Source: an uncultured Clostridia bacterium
GTDB lineage: Bacteria > Bacillota > Clostridia > TANB77 > CAG-508
DNA: 64,000 nt
Assembly: GCA_944386675.1 (NCBI GenBank)
Contig: CALXBY010000007.1
Coordinates: forward strand, 897-64,896
Direction of reading: 5' to 3'
Under the pieces are notes generated by a model. It was not told the origin of the DNA. It made no database searches and worked only from the letters and a program-made list of their open reading frames with translations. A program made the translations under genes and the position numbers. Shown piece by piece: positions 31,279 to 42,616 of the stretch (its first letter is position 1; each line of letters starts with the position of its first letter).

Positions 31279-33067
31279 ATGTTAAAGAAAAATTATATAG
31301 ATATAGTAATGCTTGCTTTTGCAATTTCAACTTTAATACCAATTATAACACGGAAATTATATAAGTTTAAATGATTCATTAGTTATGAGTGCAACATATT
31401 TTTTTGTAGTAGCCATATATTTTATAATAAAAATGGTAATATCAAGAAATTCAAAAAGAAAAAATATTTGCATTAATGGAATAATAGCTATATCAGTTAT
31501 ATGTATCATTTTAGGAATAGATAAAATGACAATAAATATAGGAAAGCCACTATATGACTTACTAGGTGTTTCTATAACGGCAAATACATCTAGAATGGAA
31601 TCTATATTTGGCTACCCCAATATGTTTGCAATAAATACATATATAAGTTATTTCCTTTTGCTAGGAAAGATATTATCAGAAAAAGAAAAAAAATATAAAA
31701 TCATAGATATCATTTTAATAGTAATACATATAATTGCTATATTTTTATCAGGTTCAAGAATAACAATTGCTATGTTAGCCGTGTTTACAATAATATATAT
31801 GTATATACAATTTAAAGATAAGTGCAAGAATATACCAACAAAAAAAGTAGGCAAAATTTTAGGACTTAGTTTGATTGTCTTAATAGTAATAATTGCATTT
31901 ATACTTAATATGAAATCAGATTTGGTTTTGTTTAATAAAAAAGGAGAAGATGATACATATTCTAAAAAAGAAATTCCAGTGCAAGCTGATACAGATTATG
32001 TGTTAAAGATGGAAATAGAGACACAAGGATCAAGTGATACTACAAAAAGGGATTATGGAATAACAATAAAACAGTTAGATAAAAATAATAACTTTATTTC
32101 AAATACAAATAATCGAGTAGGAACATATAATGGCGTATTTGAAATGTCTTTTAAAACAGATGTAAATACAAAATATATTAATATTATATTTAGTTGTTCA
32201 GAAATAACAGATTATACAAAATTTGTAGTAAAAAAGTTAACATTAAATGATAAAGAATTAACAGTAAATTATAGATTTATTCCGGTTGAAATAGTAGATA
32301 GAATTGTATATGCAAATATCAGGAGTAATTCTGTAATTGAACGATTTACAATTATTACAGATGGTATAGACATTATAAAAAAATATCCAATGACGATATT
32401 AACAGGAATGGGTGGCAATACATGGAAATATAAATTTGAAGAAGTAATTGATTATGAATATGATGTGCCACAAATGCATAATTTCATATTGCAACTTGTT
32501 TTAGAATCTGGAATTATTACAGCAATCATATATATTTTGATTATTGCATTTACGATAAAAAATATGCTCAAATTAGAAAAAAATCCTGTTAACTTAGGAA
32601 TTATATTTGCATTTTTAGGTGTGTTTTTACATAGTTTAGTAGATTATGAATTAGATAATATTATTATATTAATTGAATTTTTTATATTAATGTCTCTATT
32701 ACATGAAAAGAAGGAAGCAAATAAATATACTGTATACATGGTATATATAACAGCAATCATTTCTATAATTTTATCTGGAATTGTGTGCGGAAATATGTTA
32801 AAAACTAGAAATGCAGTAATTAAAAGTTATAGAGAATTAGGAAATCAGGAAAATATACAAATATTAGAAAATACAATTAAAAATGAAAGATATTTTCAAT
32901 ATGATATATATACAACATATGTATATAATTTGATAAGTTTGCAAGATGAAACATATAAACCAAAAATAGAAGAATATACAAAAATTATAAAAAATAATTT
33001 ATCAGAAGATAAATATATAAGTGATTTTGAGCAATCGATAGAAATACTAGAGAACAGAGAGGAGTAA
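31279..33067 (+). CDS. O-antigen ligase/oligosaccharyltransferase-like membrane protein (Wzy_C), with +1 frameshift at CGG 31351
   Basis: RMESIFGYPN, SGSR, TGMGG..W and HNFILQLVLESG motifs. Upstream MLKKNYIDIVMLAFAISTLIPIIT[c]GNYISLNDSLV joins the 31385 ORF. Confidence 0.7.
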
Positions 33068-33070
33068 ACA

Positions 33071-34702
33071 ATGGAAAAGAAAAAAATAGTAATTATAGTT
33101 GTAGCACTTGTTTTAGTACTTATTTTAGGAATAGGAATATATATGTTTGCAACGAGAACTACTTCAGAGGAAGAGGAAATTGCACAAATACATAGAATTC
33201 TTAACATGATGAGAGGGTATGGAGAAGAAAGTATTAATGCAGATACATTAAACCAATATTTAAGACCAAATGGAGTTATGGCTACAGCAACAGATGGAAA
33301 TAGAACAATGGTCGTATTTGATAATGGAAATAAATATGAAGTAGAGCAAGATGGAACAATTACAAAAGGTGGAAGAAATATGTCTTCTAGTGCTTTAGGT
33401 AGTGATGATTATAAAATACAAGTAAAATTTTTAAAAGATAATACAAATGAACAAACAGATATACCTAATAAACCAGAATTATCAGAAGAAATGATACCTG
33501 TGAAATGGGATGGAGAAAATTGGGTGATAACAAATGAAAATGACCCAGAATGGTATAATTATATAGCACAAACAGAAGGAACAGATGGAGCTTCTAAATG
33601 GGCAAATATTATGATGAGTGATGGTAAATATAGCAAAATAAATCAAGAAGGAAAAATATTAGTAACAGATGCATTAATAGGAACCAAAATAGCAGATGAA
33701 GAATTGGGAAGCATGTATGTATGGATTCCAAGATATTCATATAAAATAGAATATTATAAAGATGGAGAGATAATTGCATATTCTGATGCTAGAGGATTTG
33801 TAGAAGCAAATGGAGAACTTGTAAATGAAGCAAATAATCAAGGAACAAGGATAAATGCAGGAGATAATTATATTGTACACCCATCTTTTCTAGGAAAAGG
33901 ATATGAAGAAGCAGGTGGAGGATTTGGACAAGATGAAAATGGAATTACAGGTTTATGGATTTCAAAATTTGAAGCCTCTAATAAAAATAAAGTAGAATAC
34001 ACAAAAGATGAAGAAACAATTAATGAAAATACAATATTTAAATTTGTTCCAAATAGTATGTCTGTTGAAATTGAATATAATTTAGAAAATATAAAAGAAA
34101 ATGTAATAAATAAAATGCAATCACAATCAACAAATACTGCAGATATGCATGTAACTAAAACTTCAGAATGGGGAGCTATGGTATATTTAGCATATAGCCA
34201 ATATGGAAGAAATGGAAATAGTATGAGTGTTAATGAGGCATATTATAGTACTAAAAAAGATAATGCTGTTACAGGATATGGTGCAAGTGACAATGGATAT
34301 TATTATATTTATACACAAAATGATTATTCATATAAAACAGATAAAGGTGTACTTGCAAGTACAACAGGAAATGTATATGGTATATATGATGTTGCAGGAG
34401 GATTAGCAGAATTTACAATGGGATTTAAGGATATAAGCGATATAAAAACATTGACTGATGGATTAGATAGTAAATATTATATGTTATATGAAAAAGATAA
34501 AGCTAGTGAAGAAGACGTAGGAGATATGTTATTTGAAACAGCACATTGGGATAAAGACGGCGCAGATTATGTTAATACATATGATCCAATATTCAAAATG
34601 GGAGGAAGATATGATATTGGATGTGCTGGAATGTTTAATTATTCAGCATGGAATATTGAAGAAGATCCATGCAGTGTTAGAAGTACAATTGTATTGAAAT
34701 AG
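33071..34702 (+). CDS. Membrane-anchored protein with C-terminal C-type-lectin/FGE-like domain, paralog of 50036-51438
   Basis: Shares VWIPRY, HP.F, G.W..K.E, SEWG..YL..S.YGRNGN and GVLAS.TGNVYGIYD..GG blocks with 50036-51438. Confidence 0.6.
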   Translation: MEKKKIVIIVVALVLVLILGIGIYMFATRTTSEEEEIAQIHRILNMMRGYGEESINADTLNQYLRPNGVMATATDGNRTMVVFDNGNKYEVEQDGTITKGGRNMSSSALGSDDYKIQVKFLKDNTNEQTDIPNKPELSEEMIPVKWDGENWVITNENDPEWYNYIAQTEGTDGASKWANIMMSDGKYSKINQEGKILVTDALIGTKIADEELGSMYVWIPRYSYKIEYYKDGEIIAYSDARGFVEANGELVNEANNQGTRINAGDNYIVHPSFLGKGYEEAGGGFGQDENGITGLWISKFEASNKNKVEYTKDEETINENTIFKFVPNSMSVEIEYNLENIKENVINKMQSQSTNTADMHVTKTSEWGAMVYLAYSQYGRNGNSMSVNEAYYSTKKDNAVTGYGASDNGYYYIYTQNDYSYKTDKGVLASTTGNVYGIYDVAGGLAEFTMGFKDISDIKTLTDGLDSKYYMLYEKDKASEEDVGDMLFETAHWDKDGADYVNTYDPIFKMGGRYDIGCAGMFNYSAWNIEEDPCSVRSTIVLK

Positions 34703-34712
34703 AGGTTTATAT

Positions 34713-35297
34713 ATGAGTAAAAAGGTTAGTATCAGTATAGGAATAATTATATTAATAGCAAGTATATTGTTAATTATAACAATGTTAGATTTTGAAGAAG
34801 AATTTATTTTTGATTCAGCCACAAATACAATTTTAGGAGTTCGTAATAGTGATAAAATACAAGAACTTACTATACCAAGCAAAATAAATGGTGTAAAAGT
34901 TAAAAATATAAAAATTTCAGATGGAAATATGGAAAAGCTAGAAAAAGTAATAATAGAAGAGGGCATAGAAACTATAGGAGAACAATGCTTTTATGATTCT
35001 CCAAATTTAATAACAGTAGTGATTCCTAAAACGGTAAAAAAAATAGAAAAACAAGCTTTTAGTAAATGTGACCAATTAATTAATATAACATTGCTAAATA
35101 CTGTAGAAGAAATTGGAGAGGAAGCATTTTCGGAATGTTTAAAATTAGAAAATGTGTATATTTCGGATAATGTAAAAACAATTGGAAAGAAAGCATTTTT
35201 AGGGACTCAGTGGATGACAGATCTACTAGAAGGAAGAGAAGAAAACATGAATGAAAATTTGTACAAGAAAATAATAGAAAGTAATGAGGAAAAATGA
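34713..35297 (+). CDS. Small BspA-type LRR_5 membrane-anchored protein
   Basis: N-terminal TM and IGEQCF/IEKQAF/IGEEAF/IGKKAF repeats. Confidence 0.75.
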   Translation: MSKKVSISIGIIILIASILLIITMLDFEEEFIFDSATNTILGVRNSDKIQELTIPSKINGVKVKNIKISDGNMEKLEKVIIEEGIETIGEQCFYDSPNLITVVIPKTVKKIEKQAFSKCDQLINITLLNTVEEIGEEAFSECLKLENVYISDNVKTIGKKAFLGTQWMTDLLEGREENMNENLYKKIIESNEEK

Positions 35298-36895
35298 AAG
35301 AAAAAAGGACAGTAAGAGATATTATTATAAAAGGAATAAAATATATACTATTATTAAGTTTGATAGTAATGATAGCCTTTTTTAGTCAAGAAAAAATAAG
35401 TTTATCTTGGATTATAAGTATTAATATTATCTCATCTATTTATATTATTATATATCACGTTATATACAGAAAAGAAATTTTAGAATGCAAAAAATCAAAA
35501 ATAGACAAATGTATAGCAATTTTGTTTGCTATAATTGCTATTTATGTATTAAAACTAAATTGGAATTTTTTAGGAATAATATATATATATATAATGTTGA
35601 ATATGTATTTTATAGGTCTAGATATTTTTAGAAAAATATTTAAGAAAATAGTTAGAGTCGATTTTATAATGACAATAATAGAATTATTAATATTAAATAT
35701 TAATAATATACATAAAAAAGATATTTTTACAGAAGTTTCAAATAAAAATATTTTGATATTGGTTTCAAGATTACATACTGGTGGAGCAGAAAGAGTAGCG
35801 GTCAATTTAGCAAATAATTTTAAAGAAAAATATGATAAAGTAGTGGTAGTAACATATAATGCAAAAACAGAAGATGATTACGAATGTAACGTGAAACATA
35901 TACAAATAAAAAATAAAGAAATAAAAAGAATTAATGATATAAAGAAAATAAAGAAAAAATATCATATAACACATAGTATTAGTTTTTGTACAACAGCAAA
36001 CTATTTGAATGTAGCTAGTAATAATGGAGAAAAAGTTATTATTTCAGTAAGAAACTATTTATCAAATTCTACAGAAAAAAGAAGAAGAAAGTTAGAAGCG
36101 AAAATTTCAGTTAGGTTTGCAGATAAAATTGTAGCTGTAGCAAAAGCAGTAGAAATAGAGCAAATAGAAAAATATAAAATTTCTAAAGATAAAATATTGA
36201 CGATAAATAATTTTTATGAAGAAGCAATTATTGAAGAAAAGGCAAAGCAAAAAATACTAGATGAAGAGGAAAGAAAATTTTTTGATACACATGATATTGT
36301 AATAACAGTCGGAAGACTAAATTATCAGAAAGGCCAATGGTATTTAATACGAGCTTTTAAAGAAGTTATAAAAGAATGTCCAAATGCAAGACTTGTTATA
36401 TTGGGAAAAGGTGAGGATGAAGAAAAATTAAAATCTTTAATTCAGGAATTACAATTAGAAAAGTATGTGAAATTATATGGATTTAAAGAAAATCCATATC
36501 AATATTTAAGTAAAGCAAAAGTATTTGTATCAGAATCATTATATGAAGGAATGTCTAATGTTATATTAGAAGCAATGAAGTGTGGATTACCAATTATAGC
36601 AACAGATTGTTTAGCAGGAAATAGAGAGATATTAGCGCCTAATACAGAGCTTATAAAGCATACAGATAAGATAGAATTTGCACAATATGGAATTCTTGTA
36701 CCTGTGGGCGATGGAAAAGAATATAAGACAGAAGAATTAAATTATTGGGAAATAGAATTAAAAGAAGCAATTATCAAAATTTTGAAAGATAAAGATTTAA
36801 GAGAAAAATATATAAAACAATCTAAAATCAGAATTAAAGATTTTGAAAAAGAAAAAATAATAAAACAATGGTATGATTTAATAGAAGGAGAATAG
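35294..36895 (+). CDS. GT4 glycosyltransferase with N-terminal multi-TM extension
   Basis: About 145 hydrophobic aa, then GGAER, VGRLNYQKG and YEGMSNVILEAM; paralog of 26648. Confidence 0.82.
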   Translation: MKEKRTVRDIIIKGIKYILLLSLIVMIAFFSQEKISLSWIISINIISSIYIIIYHVIYRKEILECKKSKIDKCIAILFAIIAIYVLKLNWNFLGIIYIYIMLNMYFIGLDIFRKIFKKIVRVDFIMTIIELLILNINNIHKKDIFTEVSNKNILILVSRLHTGGAERVAVNLANNFKEKYDKVVVVTYNAKTEDDYECNVKHIQIKNKEIKRINDIKKIKKKYHITHSISFCTTANYLNVASNNGEKVIISVRNYLSNSTEKRRRKLEAKISVRFADKIVAVAKAVEIEQIEKYKISKDKILTINNFYEEAIIEEKAKQKILDEEERKFFDTHDIVITVGRLNYQKGQWYLIRAFKEVIKECPNARLVILGKGEDEEKLKSLIQELQLEKYVKLYGFKENPYQYLSKAKVFVSESLYEGMSNVILEAMKCGLPIIATDCLAGNREILAPNTELIKHTDKIEFAQYGILVPVGDGKEYKTEELNYWEIELKEAIIKILKDKDLREKYIKQSKIRIKDFEKEKIIKQWYDLIEGE

Positions 36896-36898
36896 AAT

Positions 36899-38455
36899 TT
36901 GAAAAAAATTGAAGGAATAATAGATTTAAAAAAAGAAAATGATATTTATATAGCAGTAAAAGGAAGAATTGAAAAGGAAGATAATCTTGAAGCTGATGAA
37001 ATATATTGCAAAAGAATGTATGAAAAATATAAGGAAAAAATGTTCCAGTATGTGAAAGGAGAATATGTAATTGTTATAAAAGATAAAGATACGGTTATTA
37101 TGGCAAGAGATAAAATTGGGGCAGAACAATTATATTATTCTATGCAAAAAGATAAACTATATTATTCTACACAGTTTAAATTTTTCTTAAATGATTCTAG
37201 TATTTCAAAAGAAATAAGAAAAGATATTTTACAACAATTTCTGACTTATGAATATATTGCTGCTCCAGATACAATTTTAAAAAATATTTATAAAATAGAA
37301 CCAGGCACATTTATCATCTGGAAAGATAATAAAATGAAAAAAGTAAAATATTACAATATATTGAAAAGATATAAAAAAATTTCAAAAAGGAAAGAAAAAG
37401 AATTTAAAACTTGTAAGAAGAATTTACAAGAAAAACTTGAAGAAAAAATAGAGAAAAGCGTTTGTAAAGATAAAATCTATGGAAGTTATTTAAGTGGAGG
37501 AATTGATTCAAGTTTAGTTACAGGAATTGCTAGTAAATATACCAAATATCCAATAAAAACATTTTCGATAGGGTTTAAAGATGATGATTTTGATGAGGCA
37601 AAATATGCAAAAGAAATAGCAAAATATTTTAAATGTGAACATCATGAATTATATATAGACCAAGAAGATATGATAAAAACCATAAAAAAGATACCATACA
37701 TCTATGATGAACCATTTGCAGATACATCACAAATACCAACGATTATATTAAATGAATTGGCAAAAGGAAAAGTAGATGAAGTAATAACAGGAGATGGAGC
37801 AGACCAAATTTTTTGTGGTTCAACAGTGTATGATAAATTAGGAAAGTTAAAAATAAAAGAAAAGATTGCAAGATATAGTGAAGTTATACAATTTGATAGT
37901 AAAAAAAGGGAAAAAAGAATAAGATGTTTAATATTGGATGCAAAAAAGAAAAAATTGTATAAAATGAAAAATTATGGCATAAGAAAAAAAAGAATAGCAA
38001 GAATGTTATTGGAAACACAAAAATTTCTACCAGATAGATTATTAAATAAAGTATTAAAAAGTTCTGATGAGAATGGAATTGATTTAATAAAACCATTTTC
38101 AGATTATACAATTATCGAAGAATCTTATAAAATTCCATTGAAATATAAATATTTTAATGGTGAGAAGAAATATATCTTAAAAGAAATAGTATACGATTTG
38201 ATACCAAAAGAATATTTAGATAGACCGAAACATGGATTTGGAGTACCAATAGAAAAATGGCTCACAACAGAACCTATGTATTCAGAGCTATTAAGAGTAG
38301 CTAATAAAGAAGTAATAGAAAAACAAGGAATATTTGAATTCGAAAAAATAAAACAGTTTATAGAAAATTTTAAAGAAGAAAAGAGAAAAGGAGATGCCAT
38401 TATATTATGGTCTTTCTATGTTTTTCAAATATGGTATAAAACATATATGGGGTAA
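36899..38455 (+). CDS. Asparagine synthetase-like amidotransferase (glycan amidation)
   Basis: ARDKIG, LSGGIDSS, TFSIGF, DEPFAD, TGDGAD and RPKHGFGVP; lacks the N-terminal Cys. Confidence 0.8.
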   Translation: MKKIEGIIDLKKENDIYIAVKGRIEKEDNLEADEIYCKRMYEKYKEKMFQYVKGEYVIVIKDKDTVIMARDKIGAEQLYYSMQKDKLYYSTQFKFFLNDSSISKEIRKDILQQFLTYEYIAAPDTILKNIYKIEPGTFIIWKDNKMKKVKYYNILKRYKKISKRKEKEFKTCKKNLQEKLEEKIEKSVCKDKIYGSYLSGGIDSSLVTGIASKYTKYPIKTFSIGFKDDDFDEAKYAKEIAKYFKCEHHELYIDQEDMIKTIKKIPYIYDEPFADTSQIPTIILNELAKGKVDEVITGDGADQIFCGSTVYDKLGKLKIKEKIARYSEVIQFDSKKREKRIRCLILDAKKKKLYKMKNYGIRKKRIARMLLETQKFLPDRLLNKVLKSSDENGIDLIKPFSDYTIIEESYKIPLKYKYFNGEKKYILKEIVYDLIPKEYLDRPKHGFGVPIEKWLTTEPMYSELLRVANKEVIEKQGIFEFEKIKQFIENFKEEKRKGDAIILWSFYVFQIWYKTYMG

Positions 38456-38458
38456 AGG

Positions 38459-39697
38459 ATGAAAAAGATAATAATAATAGGAATTATATTAATAATAATA
38501 ATTGCATTAATCATTGGGATAATCATAGATAATACATGCAATTCTCATGGATTTGCTGGCTGGTTTATAAATATAGGAGTGCAATATCAAAAATTTCAAG
38601 TGTCGACAGTTGAAGAATTAGTAGAAGCATTGCAAAATAAGGAAAATATAGAGATAGAAATATTAAATGATTTAGACTTAGGATGGAAAAAAATATACAA
38701 GAATTTAATTAATCATGATAATTTTACAAAAGCAAATGAAGCTAAAATTAGTCCAGATTTAATAGAAAGTGGTGTTAGCAATTTTATATTAGATAAATAT
38801 AAGAATGTAAAAATCTATTCTAAAAATAATTCTAAAATTTTACATAGCTGTTTGCAAATAAAAAATTCTAATAATATAAAGATTGAAGGATTAATTTTTG
38901 ATGAATTATGGGAATGGGATGAAGTAACAAATGGAGCATATAAAGAAAATAATTGGGATTTTATAGATATAGAAAATTCTGATAAAATATGGATTAATAA
39001 ATGTGAATTTGGACAAAGTTATGATGGAATCATAGATAGTAATGCAAGTTCTAATATTACTATATCTAATTGTGAAATAAATCCTAATAAATATAACTAT
39101 AGTTTTTATGAAAAACAGTTTGACTATTTAGAAAAAAATAAAGACCAAAATAGAACCTATAGTATATTAAGAGATGAGGCAGGATTGACAAAAGAGCAAA
39201 TAATGAATATATATAATTGTCAATGTAAAGTGTATAATTTTGGAACTAAGGAATTTGAAGAAGATAATGCAAAACAAAATATTACCATTCATAATGTGAA
39301 TTTTAAAAATGTAAAATCTAGAATTCCAAGAATTAGAGCGGGAAAGGTACATATATATAACATATGTATAGATAATTCTGAATTGAAGGATTATTATGAC
39401 TATATAAATGAAGAAAAGGTTACTGAATTAAAAAATACATATAAAGATATGATATATGATATCAATAGAGGTGTTTTATCAACAGAAGGAGCAATTGTTA
39501 CAATAGAAAATTCAGTATTTAAAAATGTAGATAAGCCTATATTAGAATCTGTTGAAGAACATGAGGGAGAAGAACAATATAAAGGAAAAGTTGTTGTAAA
39601 AAATTGTATGTTTAATAACGAATTAAAAAATACAAATTTAGATAATGATGCTTTTGAAATACCATATTTCTATATATTAAAAAAGGTAAAGTCATAA
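38459..39697 (+). CDS. Pectate lyase (PL1)-like beta-helix protein, membrane anchored
   Basis: WD.I.I....IWI..CEF...DG..D, NITIS, SRIPRIRAGKVHIYN and IENSVF patterns. Confidence 0.65.
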   Translation: MKKIIIIGIILIIIIALIIGIIIDNTCNSHGFAGWFINIGVQYQKFQVSTVEELVEALQNKENIEIEILNDLDLGWKKIYKNLINHDNFTKANEAKISPDLIESGVSNFILDKYKNVKIYSKNNSKILHSCLQIKNSNNIKIEGLIFDELWEWDEVTNGAYKENNWDFIDIENSDKIWINKCEFGQSYDGIIDSNASSNITISNCEINPNKYNYSFYEKQFDYLEKNKDQNRTYSILRDEAGLTKEQIMNIYNCQCKVYNFGTKEFEEDNAKQNITIHNVNFKNVKSRIPRIRAGKVHIYNICIDNSELKDYYDYINEEKVTELKNTYKDMIYDINRGVLSTEGAIVTIENSVFKNVDKPILESVEEHEGEEQYKGKVVVKNCMFNNELKNTNLDNDAFEIPYFYILKKVKS

Positions 39698-39732
39698 AAA
39701 ATATCATAGAATAATTTTCTATGATATTTTTT
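39698..39732. terminator. Bidirectional terminator
   Basis: AAAAATATCATAGAA...TTCTATGATATTTTT between convergent genes. Confidence 0.7.
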
Positions 39733-39751
39733 AATATAAACTATACTAATT

Positions 39752-40471
39752 TTATTTTAAATACAAATTAATACAATCTTGAATATTGCCATCAAATTTA
39801 ATTTGACTATTTTCTATTAAAATTCCTCTTTCACAAAATTCTTTTGCAATATCTGGAGCATGTGTGACCAAAAGAAAAGTATGTTTATTATCATTTAAAA
39901 ATTCCTTAATTTTTTCATAACACTTTTGCTTGAAATGATAATCACCAACACTAAATACTTCATCTAAAATAAGTATTTCAGGATAGGTATGAATACTAAT
40001 TGAAAAACCTAAACGAGATTTCATACCAGTAGAATAGGTTCTAATGGGTTGATCTATATATTCTCCAATATCAGCAAATTCAATGATTTTATTTTCAATC
40101 TCTTTTATTTGGGCAGTTTTTAAACCTAAAAGCTTACACTTTAAAAAAATATTTTCTCTTCCTGTAAAATCATTTTCAAAACCAGAATTTAATTCTAATA
40201 TAGCACTTAAATTTCCATTAACCGTAATTTTTCCGTAAGAAGGGTAAGTAATACCAGCAACTAATTTTAAAATAGTAGATTTTCCCATTCCATTTTTTCC
40301 AATAATGGCAACAGATTCACCTTTGGAAATAGAAAAGGAAATGTGATTTAAAACATTTTTTTCTTTGATATGCTTTTCAAAAAAAATAGAAGAAAAGATT
40401 TTACTACTATTTTTTTTATATAATTTATAACTTTTAGATACATCTTCAAATTTTATAGCTATAGAATTCAT
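39752..40471 (-). CDS. Polysaccharide/teichoic acid ABC exporter ATPase (Wzt/TagH-like)
   Basis: GKNGMGKST, YSTGMKSRLGF and LDEVFSVGD; no C-terminal carbohydrate-binding domain. Confidence 0.88.
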   Translation of the reverse strand: MNSIAIKFEDVSKSYKLYKKNSSKIFSSIFFEKHIKEKNVLNHISFSISKGESVAIIGKNGMGKSTILKLVAGITYPSYGKITVNGNLSAILELNSGFENDFTGRENIFLKCKLLGLKTAQIKEIENKIIEFADIGEYIDQPIRTYSTGMKSRLGFSISIHTYPEILILDEVFSVGDYHFKQKCYEKIKEFLNDNKHTFLLVTHAPDIAKEFCERGILIENSQIKFDGNIQDCINLYLK

Positions 40472-40512
40472 AGATATTTTTCATATAAAGATTATATGAA
40501 ACTCCTTTCCTC

Positions 40513-41310
40513 TTATAATACATCTGGAATAATTTTTTTAAATTTTTTATAACATATTACAGAAAGTATACAAGATATTAAAAACACGACAATAAAGGCG
40601 ATTAAAGACAAAGAATCTTCCCAAAACCATACATGTTTAATAAAGCAATTTCTGTAACCATTTACTAGAAATGTAACTGGATTTAATTCTAAAATAAATT
40701 TTAAAATAGGATTATGAATAGATGAAATATCCCAAATAACTCCTGAAAGTGCAAATATTGCAAAAACAGAAGATTTTATAATATTTAAAAAATCTTTACT
40801 AACAGCAGATAGAAGTGAAAGTACTTGATTTAGTATAGTAAAAAATAAAAACATAAACAGCATATATATTGGTAATTGTAGTATATACATATCTAAAGAA
40901 TACCCACTAAAAATAAATAGACATATGGTAATTGCCATTAAAATAATATGGATGATAAATCTAGATATGCTTGTAAATGTTGGAATAATGCAAATAGGAA
41001 TTTTCATTTTTGTCACTAAATAACTATATTTTCGGATAGATTCACTTCCTTGATTTAATATATCATTTATATAAAACCAAGGAACCATTCCACTAATTAG
41101 CCATAAAAAATAAGGATATCCGAACATATCTTTAGAAACTTTTAATCCAATAGCTAGCATAAAATAATAAATAAAAATTCGAAAAGCAGGTCTAATAATA
41201 GCCCAAGCCCAACTAAGTATAGCACCTCGGTAAGTTCGAATCAAATCCGTTTTTGTAAGTGTTGATATAATTGATATATTTTGTATATGTTCATCGATAA
41301 TTTCAAACAT
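40513..41310 (-). CDS. Polysaccharide/teichoic acid ABC exporter permease (Wzm/TagG-like)
   Basis: YRGAILSWAWAIIRP, GMVPWF and LNPVT motifs; about six TM segments. Confidence 0.88.
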   Translation of the reverse strand: MFEIIDEHIQNISIISTLTKTDLIRTYRGAILSWAWAIIRPAFRIFIYYFMLAIGLKVSKDMFGYPYFLWLISGMVPWFYINDILNQGSESIRKYSYLVTKMKIPICIIPTFTSISRFIIHIILMAITICLFIFSGYSLDMYILQLPIYMLFMFLFFTILNQVLSLLSAVSKDFLNIIKSSVFAIFALSGVIWDISSIHNPILKFILELNPVTFLVNGYRNCFIKHVWFWEDSLSLIAFIVVFLISCILSVICYKKFKKIIPDVL

Positions 41311-41500
41311 AATTTACTCCATTTCTTTTTGTATGATTTGATTATACTAACAAAATTCAAAATAGTCAATTTGAATTTTAAGTTAAAAGTTGCTTTTCGC
41401 ATTTGGTAAAAATTATGATGATATAAAAAACGATTTAATTGATTGAATATATTGAAAAAAACCAGAAGATATATTAGAATGTTTTTTGTAAGGAGAACGT

Positions 41501-42616
41501 ATGAAAATAGCAATTATTAGTCATAAAACATCTAATCTAATAAATTCAAGAGGGGAACTTATAAAAGCACTTGTTCAAAAAGGTCATAAAGTTATTGCTA
41601 TATGTAATGAAGATACAAGTAAAAAAAAGGTAGAACAATTAGGTGCAAAATATAGGAGTGCTACATTTGATAGGACTTCTACTAGTATTTTTCAGAATTT
41701 ACAATATTTAAAAAAGTTACAAAATATCCTAAAAGAAGAACAGGTAGATACCGTATTCATGTATACAATAAAGCCAATTATATTTGGTTCAATAGCAGCT
41801 AAAAGAAATAAAGTTTCTAAAATATATTCTTTGATAGCAGGAATGGGATACAATTATTCTGTAAATTCTTTGAAAATAAGATTAATTAGAATAATTTGTG
41901 ATATAGGATATAAAATAGCATTAAAATATAATACGAAAGTAATCTTTCAAAATAAAGAAGATATGGAAGAATTAATTCAGAAACATTTTATAAAAAAAGA
42001 ACAAGCAGAGTTAGTAGATGGAACAGGTGTCAACATGGATATCTTTACAAAAGAGGAAAATCGTTTAGGGAATACATTTAATTTCTTAATGGTTTCACGA
42101 ATGTTAAATGTAAAAGGTGTAAAGGAATATTGTAAGGCTGCTAAAATTCTAAAAGAGAAATATCCGAACGTTAGATGTATACATATAGGAGAAGAAGATT
42201 ATACTTATCGAGGTCTAAAAAAGGAATTTATTGAAAAGTATAAAGAAGTTGTGGAATTTAAGGGAAGAGTAAAAAATGTTCCAGAATATATAAAAGATTG
42301 TAACGCTGTTGTGTTGCCTTCTTATTTAAGAGAAGGAATACCAAGAACACTGCAAGAAGCTCTGGCGGTTGGAAGACCGATTATTACAACAAATGTGAGA
42401 GGATGTAAAGAGACAGTAAAAGAAGGAAAAAACGGATACTTGATTACCCCAAAAAGCGTTGAAGAATTAGTGAAAGCTATGGAAAAGATGTTACGAAAAG
42501 ACGAATTAGAATTAAAAGAAATGTCAGAAAAGAGCTATCATATAGCACTAGAAAAATTTGATGTCAATAAAATTAATAGAAAAATGATACAGATAATTGA
42601 AGGAGAGCAAAAATGA
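41501..42616 (+). CDS. GT4 glycosyltransferase (CapM/PglA-like)
   Basis: YTIKP, FQNKED, GVN, SRML..KG and PSYLREGIPRTLQEA. Confidence 0.85.
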   Translation: MKIAIISHKTSNLINSRGELIKALVQKGHKVIAICNEDTSKKKVEQLGAKYRSATFDRTSTSIFQNLQYLKKLQNILKEEQVDTVFMYTIKPIIFGSIAAKRNKVSKIYSLIAGMGYNYSVNSLKIRLIRIICDIGYKIALKYNTKVIFQNKEDMEELIQKHFIKKEQAELVDGTGVNMDIFTKEENRLGNTFNFLMVSRMLNVKGVKEYCKAAKILKEKYPNVRCIHIGEEDYTYRGLKKEFIEKYKEVVEFKGRVKNVPEYIKDCNAVVLPSYLREGIPRTLQEALAVGRPIITTNVRGCKETVKEGKNGYLITPKSVEELVKAMEKMLRKDELELKEMSEKSYHIALEKFDVNKINRKMIQIIEGEQK

